A stretch of 63,528 nucleotides of DNA, filler included, from Octopus bimaculoides (taxonomy: Eukaryota): assembly GCF_001194135.2 (NCBI RefSeq). It is 5 parts of 5 records of this genome, joined end to end, with 100 filler letters (N's around TTAATTAATTAA, not from the genome) between each part and the next. Parts side by side here need not be neighbours in the genome. Positions count along the whole stretch, not along the records: positions 1 to 14,780 come from NC_068981.1; 4 more parts are not named here. One strand, given 5' to 3'. A program made the translations under genes and the position numbers. Under the pieces are notes generated by a model. That model saw only the letters and a program-made list of their open reading frames with translations, made no database searches and was not told the DNA's origin. Shown one piece after another: positions 1 to 12,614 of the stretch (within the stretch, counting starts at the first letter, position 1; each line of letters opens with the position of its first letter).

Positions 1-300
1 ATATATATATATATATATATATGAATATATGTGTGTGTATGCATATGTACATGTGTGTATGCGTATATATGTGTGTGTGTGTGTGTGTCTGTGTAGGTGT
101 GTGATACGAAAACAAATAAGGTTTTCGAACGTACACTGTGAAAGAAATCACACTGCTTTAATTGAATTTGTGTTCGTGCGTGTGTATGTATTTGTAAGTT
201 TTTGTTGTGTATGTATGTATGTATGTATGCATGTATGTATACATATGTACGTATGTATGTATGCATGTATGTATATGCATTTATATTGATATATTTATGT

Positions 301-347
<47 letters not shown>

Positions 348-421
348 GGGTGTGGGTGTGTTTATATATTATGGTCTTTTAATATACATGCATATAAATA
401 TAAATATTGAGTAGAGAGGAG

Positions 422-458
<37 letters not shown>

Positions 459-570
459 TTTGCACACATATATATAAACACATACATTCATACATACATA
501 CATGCATACATACATACATATATACATATATACATACATACATACATACATACATACATACATACATACA
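1..570. repeat. Compound microsatellite block (TA, TG, TATG, GATA, CATA) inside Tbx20-like intron 1
   Basis: Directly visible. Similar blocks recur throughout (e.g. 5399-5555, 15510-15662, 16146-16207, 19029-19134, 22787-23082, 46230-46445, 51410-51720, 55430-55585). Confidence 0.95.
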
Positions 571-625
571 TTGGTTATAACCCCATCGTCAGAAGTTGAA
601 AAACCCTATAAAATCCATCACTTAC

Positions 626-1136
626 CTAGTGGTGATATAACTGAGTTTTTCTCTGTTGGAATGTCTTCATTACTTGACCAGTGTCCAAATATTTGGTGTG
701 ACCTTGTGTCATGAATAATATCTCGTGTCGCTCTGATTATCTGATCGTCGTCTACGTCACTGACGTTTTGCTGGTCAGTTAACGGTGTTGTTAGCCAAGG
801 TGTCGTGCAGAGACTTCGGCTATTGTTGTCCGTGGAGGTGTTCCGTGACCGTGACTTGGTGTCATCGTCACTCAAGCCCATAAGAGCAGCAATGGAGAAG
901 GAGGAGGCATTGGTCGATAGCTGAGGTTTCGAGGGCTGATCCGGCGCCGGTTGACCCAAATTTATTGGTGACGTGGGCGAAGGTGGCGGTGATGATGATG
1001 ATAATGACAAAGGTGTCGGCGGTGTCGATGAAGACGATGATGATGATGATGATGATGATGGTGACGACGACGACGACGCTGATGACGATGACGATGATGA
1101 CGATGACGGTGACGATGATGATGGCAATGGAGCCAT
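626..1136 (-). CDS. TBX20: First coding exon of a Tbx20-like (H15/midline) T-box transcription factor; remainder lies left of the window
   Basis: Minus ORF 618..1136 contains SKPQLSTNASSFSIAALMG, closely matching the vertebrate TBX20 N-terminus as I recall it (SPKPQLSSRANAFSIAALMS). ATG at 1136 has good Kozak context (aatATGg) with an in-frame stop at 1206-1208. The frame ends ...NSVISPL G|gtaagt, a phase-1 donor at 625. The T-box itself is not in the window. Confidence 0.75.
879..899 (-). other. eh1 (Groucho/TLE-binding) motif coding sequence FSIAALM
   Basis: TTC TCC ATT GCT GCT CTT ATG fits the eh1 consensus FSIxxI/L within the Tbx20-like exon. Confidence 0.8.
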
Positions 1137-2374
1137 ATTGAGGCGGAGGTGGTTTGGTAAGATAGAACTGGTAGCGGTAACGTCGGTTTCCGGAAGAGAT
1201 TCTGTTCACAATGGTTCCAATTATGTTACTGTTGATGTTCTATTCGTTATTGTTGTTGTTACTGTTGCTAGTGTTGTTACTTGTTTCGTTGTTGTTGCTG
1301 CTGCTGCTGTTACCGCCGTTGTTGGCGTCACATTTCTTCGTTGCGTTGACGATTGCAATGTTGATGTTTGTGACACCGTTGACTGTCTTGTTTAAGAAAG
1401 TGGGTCTTTACTTTGCTGATCGTTTCAGGAACTGGTGGTGCTAGTTCAACTGTCGGTGGTGATGGCCATGTCGATATTGGTTATGATAATGATTGTGATG
1501 AGAACGGCAATGTTAATAATGATAATGACAAAGGAAAGGTTACTGGTTGTATACCCGGGTGGGAACAACAATGCTTCAAGTGGGTAGCTTTGAAGGGTGG
1601 CGTTAGCGAAGATAACAATTACGATGATGCTGATAGCATTGGTAATGAAGATAGACAATAATATGATAATGTCTAGCCGAAGCATGAAAACGACAAAGAA
1701 TGAACTGAAGCTGTCAGCAACCAGGAGTCTCTGCGATTTGAACCATGCACCGCTTTTTTGCGAACTTTGTTGTTTAGTCTTCTAACTGTGTCACATTCAT
1801 TACAATAGCTGCTGTTGATGAAGATGCTGCTGTCGATTCGGCTGCTGCATCTGATGCGGCTGCTGATGATATTTTTGTTGATATCCTGGATATTCTTGAT
1901 ATTATTATTCTTATCTTTATCATCGTAATCATCACTGCCGTTGCCGTTGCTGTTGTTGTTGTTGTTGTACCCGTCGTCGTCGTCGTAGTCGTAGTCGCTA
2001 CTTGTTATTGTTGTTGTTGTTTCGAGTTATTTCCGATCTTGTCTGTTGCTAACGCCGTCGCTGTTGCTAATGACGCTCTACTTTCTACGGCTGACTTTGG
2101 TCGTGTGTGCTTTCGCTGGTTGCTCTCTTGCAGTGATCGGCATAGTCATTGCTGCTGTCATCGCAGTGATGGTGGTGGTGGTGGTGGTCGTCGTCGTCGT
2201 CGTCTCCGTCGTCTCCGTCGTCAACATCGTCAACATCGTGGTCATAGTGTTCATCATCGTCATCATCATCATCATCAAAATAATAATATTCATCATCATA
2301 ATCATCGTCGTCGTTATCATCACTCATTGTAATATGAACACCACTACCAACACCACCACCACCACCACCACCAC

Positions 2375-2424
<50 letters not shown>

Positions 2425-2859
2425 CCATCATCATCATCGTCATCATCGTCTACTTCATTTCCATGGGTGACATTGTTAATGTTGCATTGATGTCATGTCT
2501 AATCATGTTATCATGTTATTTCAGATCATGCAGAATTCCATCCGGCTCATTATGTCCCGAGTTCAAATTCCGTTAAGATCAACTTTGCCTTTCGTCCTTC
2601 CAGTATCTGTATCTATAAGTTACAGGTACCTGCAAATTATTGGGAACTAAAACCTTCTCCTTATTTTGTGGCCTTGGACCTTTATTTTTGAAACAATTAT
2701 TATTCATCTTTTTTTTTTTTTTTTCATTAAATAAAAAGATGATCATTATTCTGTTTTATTCGATAACAACTTCTCAGGATTCAATCGCGTCCTTGCTACC
2801 TCCCCGACATCATGCGACCTTTTGGCCAATAATAGAAATTACTATCATTATTGTCGTCT

Positions 2860-4900
2860 GAGCAGGCAGAATGGTTAACGCGTCGGACGAAATGCTTAGC
2901 GGTATTTCGCCCGTCGCTACGTTCTGTGTTCAAATTCCGCCGAGGTTGATTTTACCTTTCATCCTTTCGGGGTCGATAAAAAATAAATACCAGTTGAACA
3001 CTGAGGTCAATGTAATCGACTCATCCCCTCCCCCCAAATTGCTACCGTTGTGGTAAAACTAGAAACCATTATTGTCGTCTAAATTGTTATTATTAGCGTT
3101 GTTGTCGTTAACATCATAATAGCTTGTGATGTTGTATGATATTGTTGTCGGTGGTGAAGTTGATTTCGTTGCTGTTCCAAAGTTTTATTGTTGTTGCTAT
3201 TGTTGTTGTTCTTACTGTTGTTGTGGTCGTTGTTGTTGTTGTTGTTGTTGTTGTTGTGGTGGTGGTGGTGGTGGTGCTGGTGGTGCTGGTGCTGGAAAAG
3301 AACGAAAAGAGATGTACTTAGCACGGGTGTTGATGCAACAAGGTTGATGATAAATGGAGAAACGAACGGGCCAAGAGTGCTGAGTGGTAGAAGTACCCGA
3401 TTAAGCCAACTCCAAGGAAAAGAGGCCATTACTGAAGAAACAGCAAAACTATGAACAGAAGCTGGAGTGTGTCTGCTAGATTTTTTAACTGCTGGATGGA
3501 TTCGGATGAAACTTTCAAGAGTGTTTGGCCTCGTGACTGGCATGAACTGATTAGATTTGGTCATCGATCCGATACGGACAAGGAATCTGGATTATCTTTC
3601 CGGTTTTTTACTTAATTTTTACTAAATATTCTCGCTTGTAAGAGCAGACGAGTCTATTTCAGACATTCTCATTTTAAAAATTATCTCCAGCTGATCGTCG
3701 AGAGGCCATTGGTGTTGCCTTGGCAGAAGTTTGCGATCTCTGAGTGTTCTTGTTGTTATTGTTATTACTTTGTTGTCTTTCTTGTTTAACCCCAGGTCAA
3801 CTCTGATCAAGCTAAACCCGATTAAACGAATTCTAGCTATCTTTTAAGCTACCTGAGACAATTTAATCTAAAATGTTCTGTCTTTATTCAAAACGCAACG
3901 GTAAGATTGAGAGGGATTTGACTATGACTTGCTTCTTGTCAGCGATTGCGTGGATGCTTTCTCAATGACTCGTTGTTTTTGTAGCTACTACCTCGTCGTT
4001 GCCATTATTATTTTTTTTACTTCAAGGTGATGAGCTGGCAGAATCGTTAGCATGCCGGACAAAAATACTTAGCAGTATTTTATCCGTCTTTCACTTCTGA
4101 GTTAAAATTTCGCCGAGGTCGACTTAACCTTTTATCCTTTCGGGGTCGATGAAATAAGTACCAGTTGAACACTGGAGTTGATGTAATCGACTAGCACCCT
4201 CCCACAAAATTTCAGGCCTTGTGCCTATAGTTTAGGGTGGTGTGTTGGCAAAATCATCATTAGAGCGTTGTTCTAAATACGTTACGGTATTTTTCTGTTC
4301 TTTGCTTTTGTGTTCAAATTGCGCCGATTTTAACTTTGTCTTTGAACCACTGAGGCGTGGGTCAATGAAATAAATTATCAGTTCTGGGGAAGAAATTTGG
4401 TTGTTGTAATCGACTGAGCACCCCCACTCCAAATTTCAGAGCTTACACTTGTGTTAGAAACAATTATTATTCTTTATAAAGTTGGCCGACTGACTGACTT
4501 ATAAGAGAATCGGATATATGGCTTTTCATTATACATTCCGGTTCTTCTTGATCTGACCTCAGATGCCGCCGAGGTCATCTGTACTTTTCATTATTACTAG
4601 TGCAGGAAGGAAGTGAGCTGGCAGGATCGTTAGCACGCAGGGCAAAATGTTTAGCGGGATTTCGTCCGAGGTCGACTTTGCCTTTCATCTTTTCGGGGTC
4701 GATAAAATGAGCACCAGTTGAGAACTGGCCTTGAGCCAAAATTTGAAACCATCATTACCAGTGCAGTATTAAGACTGGTTCTTTTTAAGGACTGTAGGTT
4801 GGTGGAATGGTCACAGCGATAAAACGAAGGACTAGTCAAGTACTGGGTTGATTTAATGGACTCAATGCTTTTCCCAAATGCTTTTCCCAAATTTCAGGCC
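2860..4900 (+). mobile_element. Cluster of same-strand copies of an abundant ~220-bp tRNA-SINE (~2860-3070, 4025-4235, 4240-4470, 4605-4750, 4830-4900)
   Basis: Shared gagctggcagaatcgttag...gagttcaaattc...tttcatcctttcggggtcgataaa...taccagttgaacactgg...gatgtaatcgact...aaatttcaggcc. Confidence 0.85.
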
Positions 4901-5391
4901 TATCAGAAGCAGTCACCAAAGTTGGAGTATGCTGCAACGTAAATTATCGTTGCTATTACAACTTTTGTTAACGGTTATGGAAAGTGTTTAGTAAGCTATT
5001 ATTAGTGAAATTGTTGAGTCGAATATGGTGAACCATACTGTTGTAATTATTCCTATTATTGGTGTAGTTATAGAATCTTCATCTTTAATGATTGTTTTCA
5101 TCACACAATACATCTGTTATGGCAATTGCTGTTGTCTTAATTATTATTTATATTTTTTCCTTTTCAGTTGATAACATGTTGTCCTTGGCGTTTAAACTCA
5201 GGCCCGCTAAGATCCAGCTGACTCAGGATCCAAAGCATTCCAGCCATGACCTATTTGCCTACTAAGCGTTGTGGTTTCGATTCCTAGACATTGAACGAGG
5301 CACTTCGATTTGTGTCCTTGAACGAGACACTTCACTTCCAGTCTATTCGGCTGTAAATTAATTTCATCCAAGTGTTGATGCAGACCGTCCT

Positions 5392-5556
<165 letters not shown>

Positions 5557-5559
5557 TAA

Positions 5560-5745
5560 TACAAATGATATGTGAGCATATGTATATATACATACATATA
5601 TGTACATACCTACATCTACATGTATATATAGATGCATATCCGGGTACAGGACATCAGAAAACGGGGACAAAAAAGGAACGGGAACATGAACAAAGCACAA
5701 AAAAACGACCTTTTTTTACGGACAACAGAGCGTCCATTTGCAAGT
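5560..5745 (+). repeat. Dispersed repeat; second copy at ~43555-43830
   Basis: atacaaatga..tgagcatatg...gatgcatatccggg.acaggac...aacaaagcacaaaaaa is shared by both loci. Confidence 0.75.
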
Positions 5746-6956
5746 ATATATATGTGTGTGTGTGTATATATATATATATATGTATATATATATTTTTTCT
5801 CTCTATCTATCTATCTCTCTCTCTCATTCACCTTATCTATCTATTTATATCTATCTATCTATCTACCTACCAACCAACATACCTTTTACATCCTTGATGT
5901 TCCACTGGATCAAGAGAGACCACGCACAGAAGGAGTCTTCTCACAATTAAACACGTGCCTAAAACACTTAGCGAAAGCATGGTACATGCTACAAGGTCAT
6001 GCACGTTTGTGAGTGATAGCTAGGCACACTTTCTTCATATTTCTTGTAGAACTGGCATTATGCCAACCCTACAAACCAATCTTACCCCTAAAATTATTAT
6101 TGCGGCAAAAGCTGTAGAGTTCCAAAGAAAATACCTTGTGACATTTAATCATGTCCCATTCAATTTGTTCTTTATCTTTCCTGATTGATATAATAAAAAC
6201 CTGTCAAATAAAACAGTCGATATAAACACTAGGCTAAATCGTTAAAGCGCTATACAAAATACTAGAGGTATTTAGCTAGCCCCAATTTTCATTTGAAGTT
6301 CAAGCCCTGTTAAGATTACCTTTGCTTTCCATCCTTCCGAGGTTCATAAAATAAGACCTAGCCAGATATTTGTGTATATTTAAACATTCTTATGAAGCAT
6401 CTATAAATGAGAAATAAATTACAACGGAAGACATCATATGCCTCTTCTAAAACGCTAGCCCTAAAGCCTGGGTAGAAAATTATTTTGATTGTTGTTATTC
6501 GTTGGTTTCCATGTTCCGCTTCAAGGGTCCCTCATTCCCTGCCTTTCGGGCTAATAATTCAGGCATTTTTTTGTAACTCTAAGATAAACAAGTATTAATC
6601 CTGATTTTCGTAATTAACGCATTTTTGGAAGATTATTCGATTAATAAATTACTGAAGCGTTTTGTTTTGCGTTATGCTGTACTATACAATAAATCTTATT
6701 GTTGATGCCCTTGTTGTTGTTGTTATTAATATTATTTGCCGTTATGTGGATGAGAGCTTATATATGCGTATGTTCGTTTATGCATACATTTGTATGTATT
6801 TGTATATGGACGTGTATATGTATACGTATATATATATAGTATCTTACATATACATACACACACATACATATATGTGAAATATTGTATTATACTTTGCGTG
6901 TGTGTGCGTGTGAAATGGAAAACCGGGCGTTTGTATTACCTATGTGTTCGTCCATG

Positions 6957-6999
<43 letters not shown>

Positions 7000-8093
7000 C
7001 ACGCTAATCAGTATGTAGCTTTGACGCTATTATATTCTATACAATAAACGCAAAATTTTTCCCAATCGATTTTGTGGGTGCAAATTAAATTGAATGGAGT
7101 ACACTGGACATTTGTAAACTGTTTTATGTAACTGCACCTTGGGCTGTATTAAAAAAATAAGTAAGCTGGACTGGTTTCAGTCCTATATTGGAATCTCATT
7201 ATTAACTGAGCACTTGGCCTATAACAAGCCATGGAGATATTTTATACAACCACTATCAAAGGCTTCAATATATAAAGTAAGCTGATTTGCATGATTAACG
7301 CTTTTTTAGTAGCCTGTTTCATTTATATATAACTGAAACATTAATCTAATATGAGATCTCCAAATAGGATTTAAACTGATCAAGCTGTTCATTGTTTTTC
7401 TGTCCACAAATAAAGAAAGTTTATCACTTTTCAATGAATCATAAACATTGGAGGAGAACAAGTAATACTTCCAAAACAAAAATGGAAGAGGCCAGTCATA
7501 TTTATTATTTTGACCTGTAAAAATAAATGAATAAACATGGAATATCCCAAAATAGATTGATAAATTCAAAAGAATAGAGAAGCTGCAGGATGTGGCACAA
7601 AAGGTGTTGGAGGATACTAACTATCTGTTTGGGGTATTTTACACGAGTTCGACGGGTGTTTACAAAATTGTTATTATATAGACAACTTATGAGTGGTTTG
7701 AATTAATCAAAAGGTAGGTGACTGTAACAAAAATGGTCAGGTGAATGGAACCACACTAAGCATTCTCCTGTAGACCAACAGTAGGGCTAAGGATTTTACT
7801 CTTAGTGGTCAGAGTGATCCATACTAGATCCGTGTTTCCTTGATTAGTCCTAGGTAGAGGTTCTCCTGTATGAGGCGGGCTGCATCATAGATGTGTTCAC
7901 ATATTTTGTAGACTATGTCAACGTTTTTATCTCATCTCACCTCCTCCCGTTTCCTTTTATATAACAGCACCCATACAAATTGTAAACTGTCCGTGCAATA
8001 ACCCCTTCAAGCGATGCACTTGTCGCAAATAAAACAAATCATCATCATCATCGTCATCGTCATCGTCACTATTACTATTATTATTACTTTTAC

Positions 8094-9910
8094 TGAGTGA
8101 GAGAGCAACGCATGCCTTCAAAGTGACACTGGGGTACAAATATACGAAGCCTAGTATTAGGTCATCCCATAAGTTTTGTCCGAATTTTGAATAAAGAAAA
8201 CAAGTGATCAAATGTTATATTGAATTGAAATTTAATCATCAATGTACTTTCCCTGATTATCTATGACTTCCTTCCATCTATTTACAAGCTTTTTAATCCC
8301 ATCAACGTAAAACTCTTTTGGTTTCAAAGCGAACAACTCTGAAATGTCAGTTTCGACCTCCTCCTGGCTTGCGAAAGTTATGACCCCCAAATGATTCTGT
8401 AAACTACGAAACAAATTGTAGTCTGAAGGGGCAAGGCTGGAAGAATAAGGTGGATGAGGAATTTTTTCCCAAGCTCTTCGATCTTCTGTGATGTGATCTT
8501 TGCAGTTTGGGGTCACGCATTGTCCTGATGAAACATCACTCCTTTTCGATACACTAAAGCGGGTCTTTTTTCTTCAAAGCTTGGTTCAAACGCTCTAATT
8601 GCTAACAATAGACTTGAGCATTGACTGTTGCATTATGTGGTAACAATTCAAAGTGAATTACTCCTTTGCAATCCCACCAGATAGAGAGAAGAAACTTTTT
8701 CCCATGAAGTTCCCTTCTCGGTTGTGGTTCAGCTTTCTTCCTTTTACCAAGCCACTGTTTACGATATTTAACATTTCGATAGAAGAGCCATTTTTCATCA
8801 CCAGTCGCAAGTCTATCCAAAACGGTTGAAATGAGTTTGTGAGAATGGAGAGAAGAGCAGATATCAGCTCGGGATTTGCAGTTGCTTTCAGACAATTCAT
8901 GAGGCACCCATTTTCCAAGTTTAGGAACGTTTCCAAGTTGTTGAAAATGACGATGAACAGTTGTATGGTTTGAACTAAGCTTTATTGCCAATTCTTCAAC
9001 TGATGATGCAGGATTTTCTTCAAGTAATGCCTCAAGGACCTTATCATCAAACTCAACTGGACGTCCTGTTCGATCTTCATCTTCAAGGCTGAAATCTCCA
9101 CTTCTGAATTTTGCAAACCATCTTCTGCAAGTTTTTCATTCAAGAATTCTTTCCCATAAACTGAGTGTATGTTTCAAGTCGCTTCGGCTGCAGAGTTTCC
9201 TTTTTTGTACTCATAAAGCATTATGTGCCTCAAATGCTCTTTGGAGACATCCATGTTAGAAAAGGTTTTAATCAAAGAAATTTTAATTCTATTATTCTGT
9301 AAAATAATATTTAATTAGTTTATATGTACACAAATCCATAAATAATTTTTAATTCCATTAGACATTCTAAAATACTATTAAACTTTATTCAATTTAAAAA
9401 AAGGCAAAATCGGACAGAACTTATGTGATGACCTGATATACCCATGACTACTCGTCTGATAAGAGTACACCAGGCATATGCATTACAACCATATGTGTGC
9501 GAGATAATGATCTCATATCAAGAGAAACAGCGCAGGTAGGGCCCAGTTAGAATTTTCTTCAGATCGTGTAGCCCATATCACTCAAAAAATCCCTGAAGTT
9601 GTTTAAGGATGATGAACGAATCACTCATGTTTCCAGAGGTGAATCATTCAAACCCCAAAGAATTCCTCTCAACACATGGCTATGATGCCCTCCCACTACT
9701 TCTGCTCGTGATCAGAGATGCATTTATCGTCAGCCACCAAGAGACATGCTCAACTGGTTAAGGTCAAACAACTGACGAGCAAATCTGTGGTGTTGAGCAG
9801 AATATTTGTTGTAGCCCATCTTTTATACCAAGGGAAAACAATGTACATGATAACACTTTCGGTCAGTTAAGATCAGAAGCCATGAGAGCCACTGCCTGGT
9901 ACTCCATCAG
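8094..9910. mobile_element. SINE-like dispersed repeat split by the mariner insertion (8094-8156 + 9437-~9910)
   Basis: The mariner flanks rejoin as ...caaatatacgaagcc..TAtacccatgactac..., the same as the uninterrupted copy at 15098-15422. Confidence 0.8.
8157..9436 (-). mobile_element. Full-length (1280 bp) non-functional mariner DNA transposon
   Basis: TIRs TTAGGTCATCCCATAAGTTTTGTCCGA / TCAGGTCATCACATAAGTTCTGTCCGA; TA TSD at 8155-56 and 9437-38. Transposase remnant 9254-8232 (MDVSKEHLRH...WVPHELS...TGDEKW...HPPYSSSLAPSDY...YIDD*) has stops and frameshifts. Confidence 0.95.
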
Positions 9911-9999
9911 GGCAAGGGAGTCGATGTAATCGACTTACCCATTACCCTGAAATTGCTGGCCCTGTGCCAATCTTTGCAACCATTGTTATTATCTTTAAA

Positions 10000-10235
10000 C
10001 ACGACGAACTGAAAGAATCGTTAGCACGCCGGACAAAACAACTTAACGGCATTTCCTCCGGCTTTTTACGTTCTGCCAAAACTCCAACGAGGTTGACTTA
10101 GTTTTACTTCCTTTTTGGATTGATAAAATAAAGTACCAGTCAAGTACTGGGATCGATGTAATTAATTAACCTCCCTCTCCCAACACTACATAATTTGCTG
10201 ACCCCGTGCTAAAATTTAAAACAATAGAAATTATT
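10000..10235 (+). mobile_element. SINE copy, same family as 2860-4900
   Basis: gaatcgttagcacgccggacaaaa...aagtaccagtcaagtactgggatcgatgtaat. Confidence 0.75.
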
Positions 10236-10780
10236 ATTGTCAGTGGGCGTGGTTATAATGTTGAAGAGTTATGGTTGGATTGTGGGCGTGTTTTGTTTAT
10301 ACATATTGTTGTTGACACTGATGCTGGGAGTGACGATGGTGGAGGCTGTGTTTGCAGTAGTGGTAGTAATGACGTGTTTGTTGATGTGGTTACCACGGTA
10401 ACTGATGGCGGTGGTTATGTTGTCGGTGGCTGTTTGGAGATATTGTTGGCACATAACAGCCGTGCATTAATGGAGTATGATCGAGCCAGTTGTGGTGGTG
10501 GTGGTGGTGTTGGGAATAGTGGTATTGTTTGTGTTGTAGTATTGACATTGTTTGTAGGCGCGCGCGTGTGTGCGTAGGCATGTGACGTACAAAGTCTGCA
10601 GTTATATAGTGATGGTGATGTGGAAATAATTTTGGTTATATTGTATTGGCAATGGCACATAATGGTAATTGGTTACTGGTGTTGTGGTGGTAGTAGTGCT
10701 TCTGCACCTACGACTACTACCGTTGTTGGTTCTGTTGTGGTGCAGATGTTCGTTTATGTCAGGTGCCTGTCTATAGTAGC

Positions 10781-10842
<62 letters not shown>

Positions 10843-11000
10843 CAGCAGCAGGGGTGGTGGTTATGTTAGTAGTAGTAGTAGCAGCAGTACTAATAGCAGT
10901 AATAATTGACATAGTAGTAGTAGTAGCAGTAGTAGTAGTGGTGGTCGTGGTGGTGGTGGTGGTGGTGGTGGTGGTTTTGGTGGTCGTGGTGGTGGTCGTG

Positions 11001-11051
<51 letters not shown>

Positions 11052-12462
11052 ACAGGAGCAGTAGTAGCAGCAGCATCTTTTGTGTTCATATTGTCTGCAG
11101 TGGTAGTGGTGATTTACGGTTGTTNNNNNNNNNNNNNNNNNNNNNNNNNNNNNNNNNNNNNNNNNNNNNNNNNNNNNNNNNNNNNNNNNNNNNNNNNNNN
11201 NNNNNNNNNNNNNNNNNNNNNNNNNNNNNNNNNNNNNNNNNNNNNNNNNNNNNNNNNNNNNNNNNNNNNNNNNNNNNNNNNNNNNNNNNNNNNNNNNNNN
11301 NNNNNNNNNNNNNNNNNNNNNNNNNNNNNNNNNNNNNNNNNNNNNNNNNNNNNNNNNNNNNNNNNNNNNNNNNNNNNNNNNNNNNNNNNNNNNNNNNNNN
11401 NNNNNNNNNNNNNNNNNNNNNNNNNNNNNNNNNNNNNNNNNNNNNNNNNNNNNNNNNNNNNNNNNNNNNNNNNNNNNNNNNNNNNNNNNNNNNNNNNNNN
11501 NNNNNNNNNNNNNNNNNNNNNNNNNNNNNNNNNNNNNNNNNNNNNNNNNNNNNNNNNNNNNNNNNNNNNNNNNNNNNNNNNNNNNNNNNNNNNNNNNNNN
11601 NNNNNNNNNNNNNNNNNNNNNNNNNNNNNNNNNNNNNNNNNNNNNNNNNNNNNNNNNNNNNNNNNNNNNNNNNNNNNNNNNNNNNNNNNNNNNNNNNNNN
11701 NNNNNNNNNNNNNNNNNNNNNNNNNNNNNNNNNNNNNNNNNNNNNNNNNNNNNNNNNNNNNNNNNNNNNNNNNNNNNNNNNNNNNNNNNNNNNNNNNNNN
11801 NNNNNNNNNNNNNNNNNNNNNNNNNNNNNNNNNNNNNNNNNNNNNNNNNNNNNNNNNNNNNNNNNNNNNNNNNNNNNNNNNNNNNNNNNNNNNNNNNNNN
11901 NNNNNNNNNNNNNNNNNNNNNNNNNNNNNNNNNNNNNNNNNNNNNNNNNNNNNNNNNNNNNNNNNTATATATATATATATATCATTACTATGCAACTACA
12001 GACTTTGCACGCCACATGTCTGCACACACACACGCTTACAAACGGTACCATTACTACAGCACAGACTGTACCACTTTCACCACCACAACAACCACTACCA
12101 CCTCTAGCAGACAGCATATACGTATATAGACACATGCACATGCATATGTTTATTTTATTTGCTCGATAAATATACATGTGATATGCATGCTTTGAATATT
12201 GCCTACATGTATACATGTACAGAAATAGTTATTGCGGTTGTCATCGATCACCGATTAACGTCGTCCATGCTGCGCTCATCCATTTTTTTCTTCCTCTGTG
12301 TACCCTCCGTACCCTTAACTATGCATTCATACATACACATCTATCTATTGATCTATTTATCTAGCTATCACTCTCTCTCCCCTCTCTCTCTCGTCTCTCT
12401 ATCTATCTATCTCTTTGTCTCTCACTCCTCTCTCTCTCTCTCTATATATATATAGTGCAAAT

Positions 12463-12548
12463 CAGAGGTGCAATCTGTGTGGGTGTTTTTTCAAAACACT
12501 GTCTGGTTTAAAAAGCCACATCAGACGCCATGAAAGGGCTAAGGTGTA
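12463..12548 (+). mobile_element. LINE (RTE-like) 3' end fragment encoding a C2H2 finger
   Basis: Translates RCNLCGCFFKTLSGLKSHIRRHERAKV*, a typical terminal C2H2 of RTE-type ORF2. Confidence 0.5.
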
Positions 12549-12614
12549 GGTGCAGGAGGTGGTCAAACTCTGTTTAAGGAGTAGACAACCACCATATATA
12601 TATATAGAGAGAGA

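Noticed and set aside
973-1395. Asp-rich plus-strand ORF
   Set aside because: Antisense shadow of the Ser-rich Tbx20-like exon.
7400-7900. Possible ancient CR1-type RT fragment
   Set aside because: Motifs are too eroded to translate convincingly by eye.
10754-11089. Poly-Thr mucin-like ORF (and poly-Val/Ile/Tyr/ER ORFs throughout)
   Set aside because: Translation of (GTA)n/(GTG)n/(GA)n/(TA)n arrays; no splice or domain support.
10620-12216. Long ORFs in the track (495, 376, 349 aa, and similar X-filled ORFs elsewhere)
   Set aside because: They are open only because they cross N runs or microsatellites.
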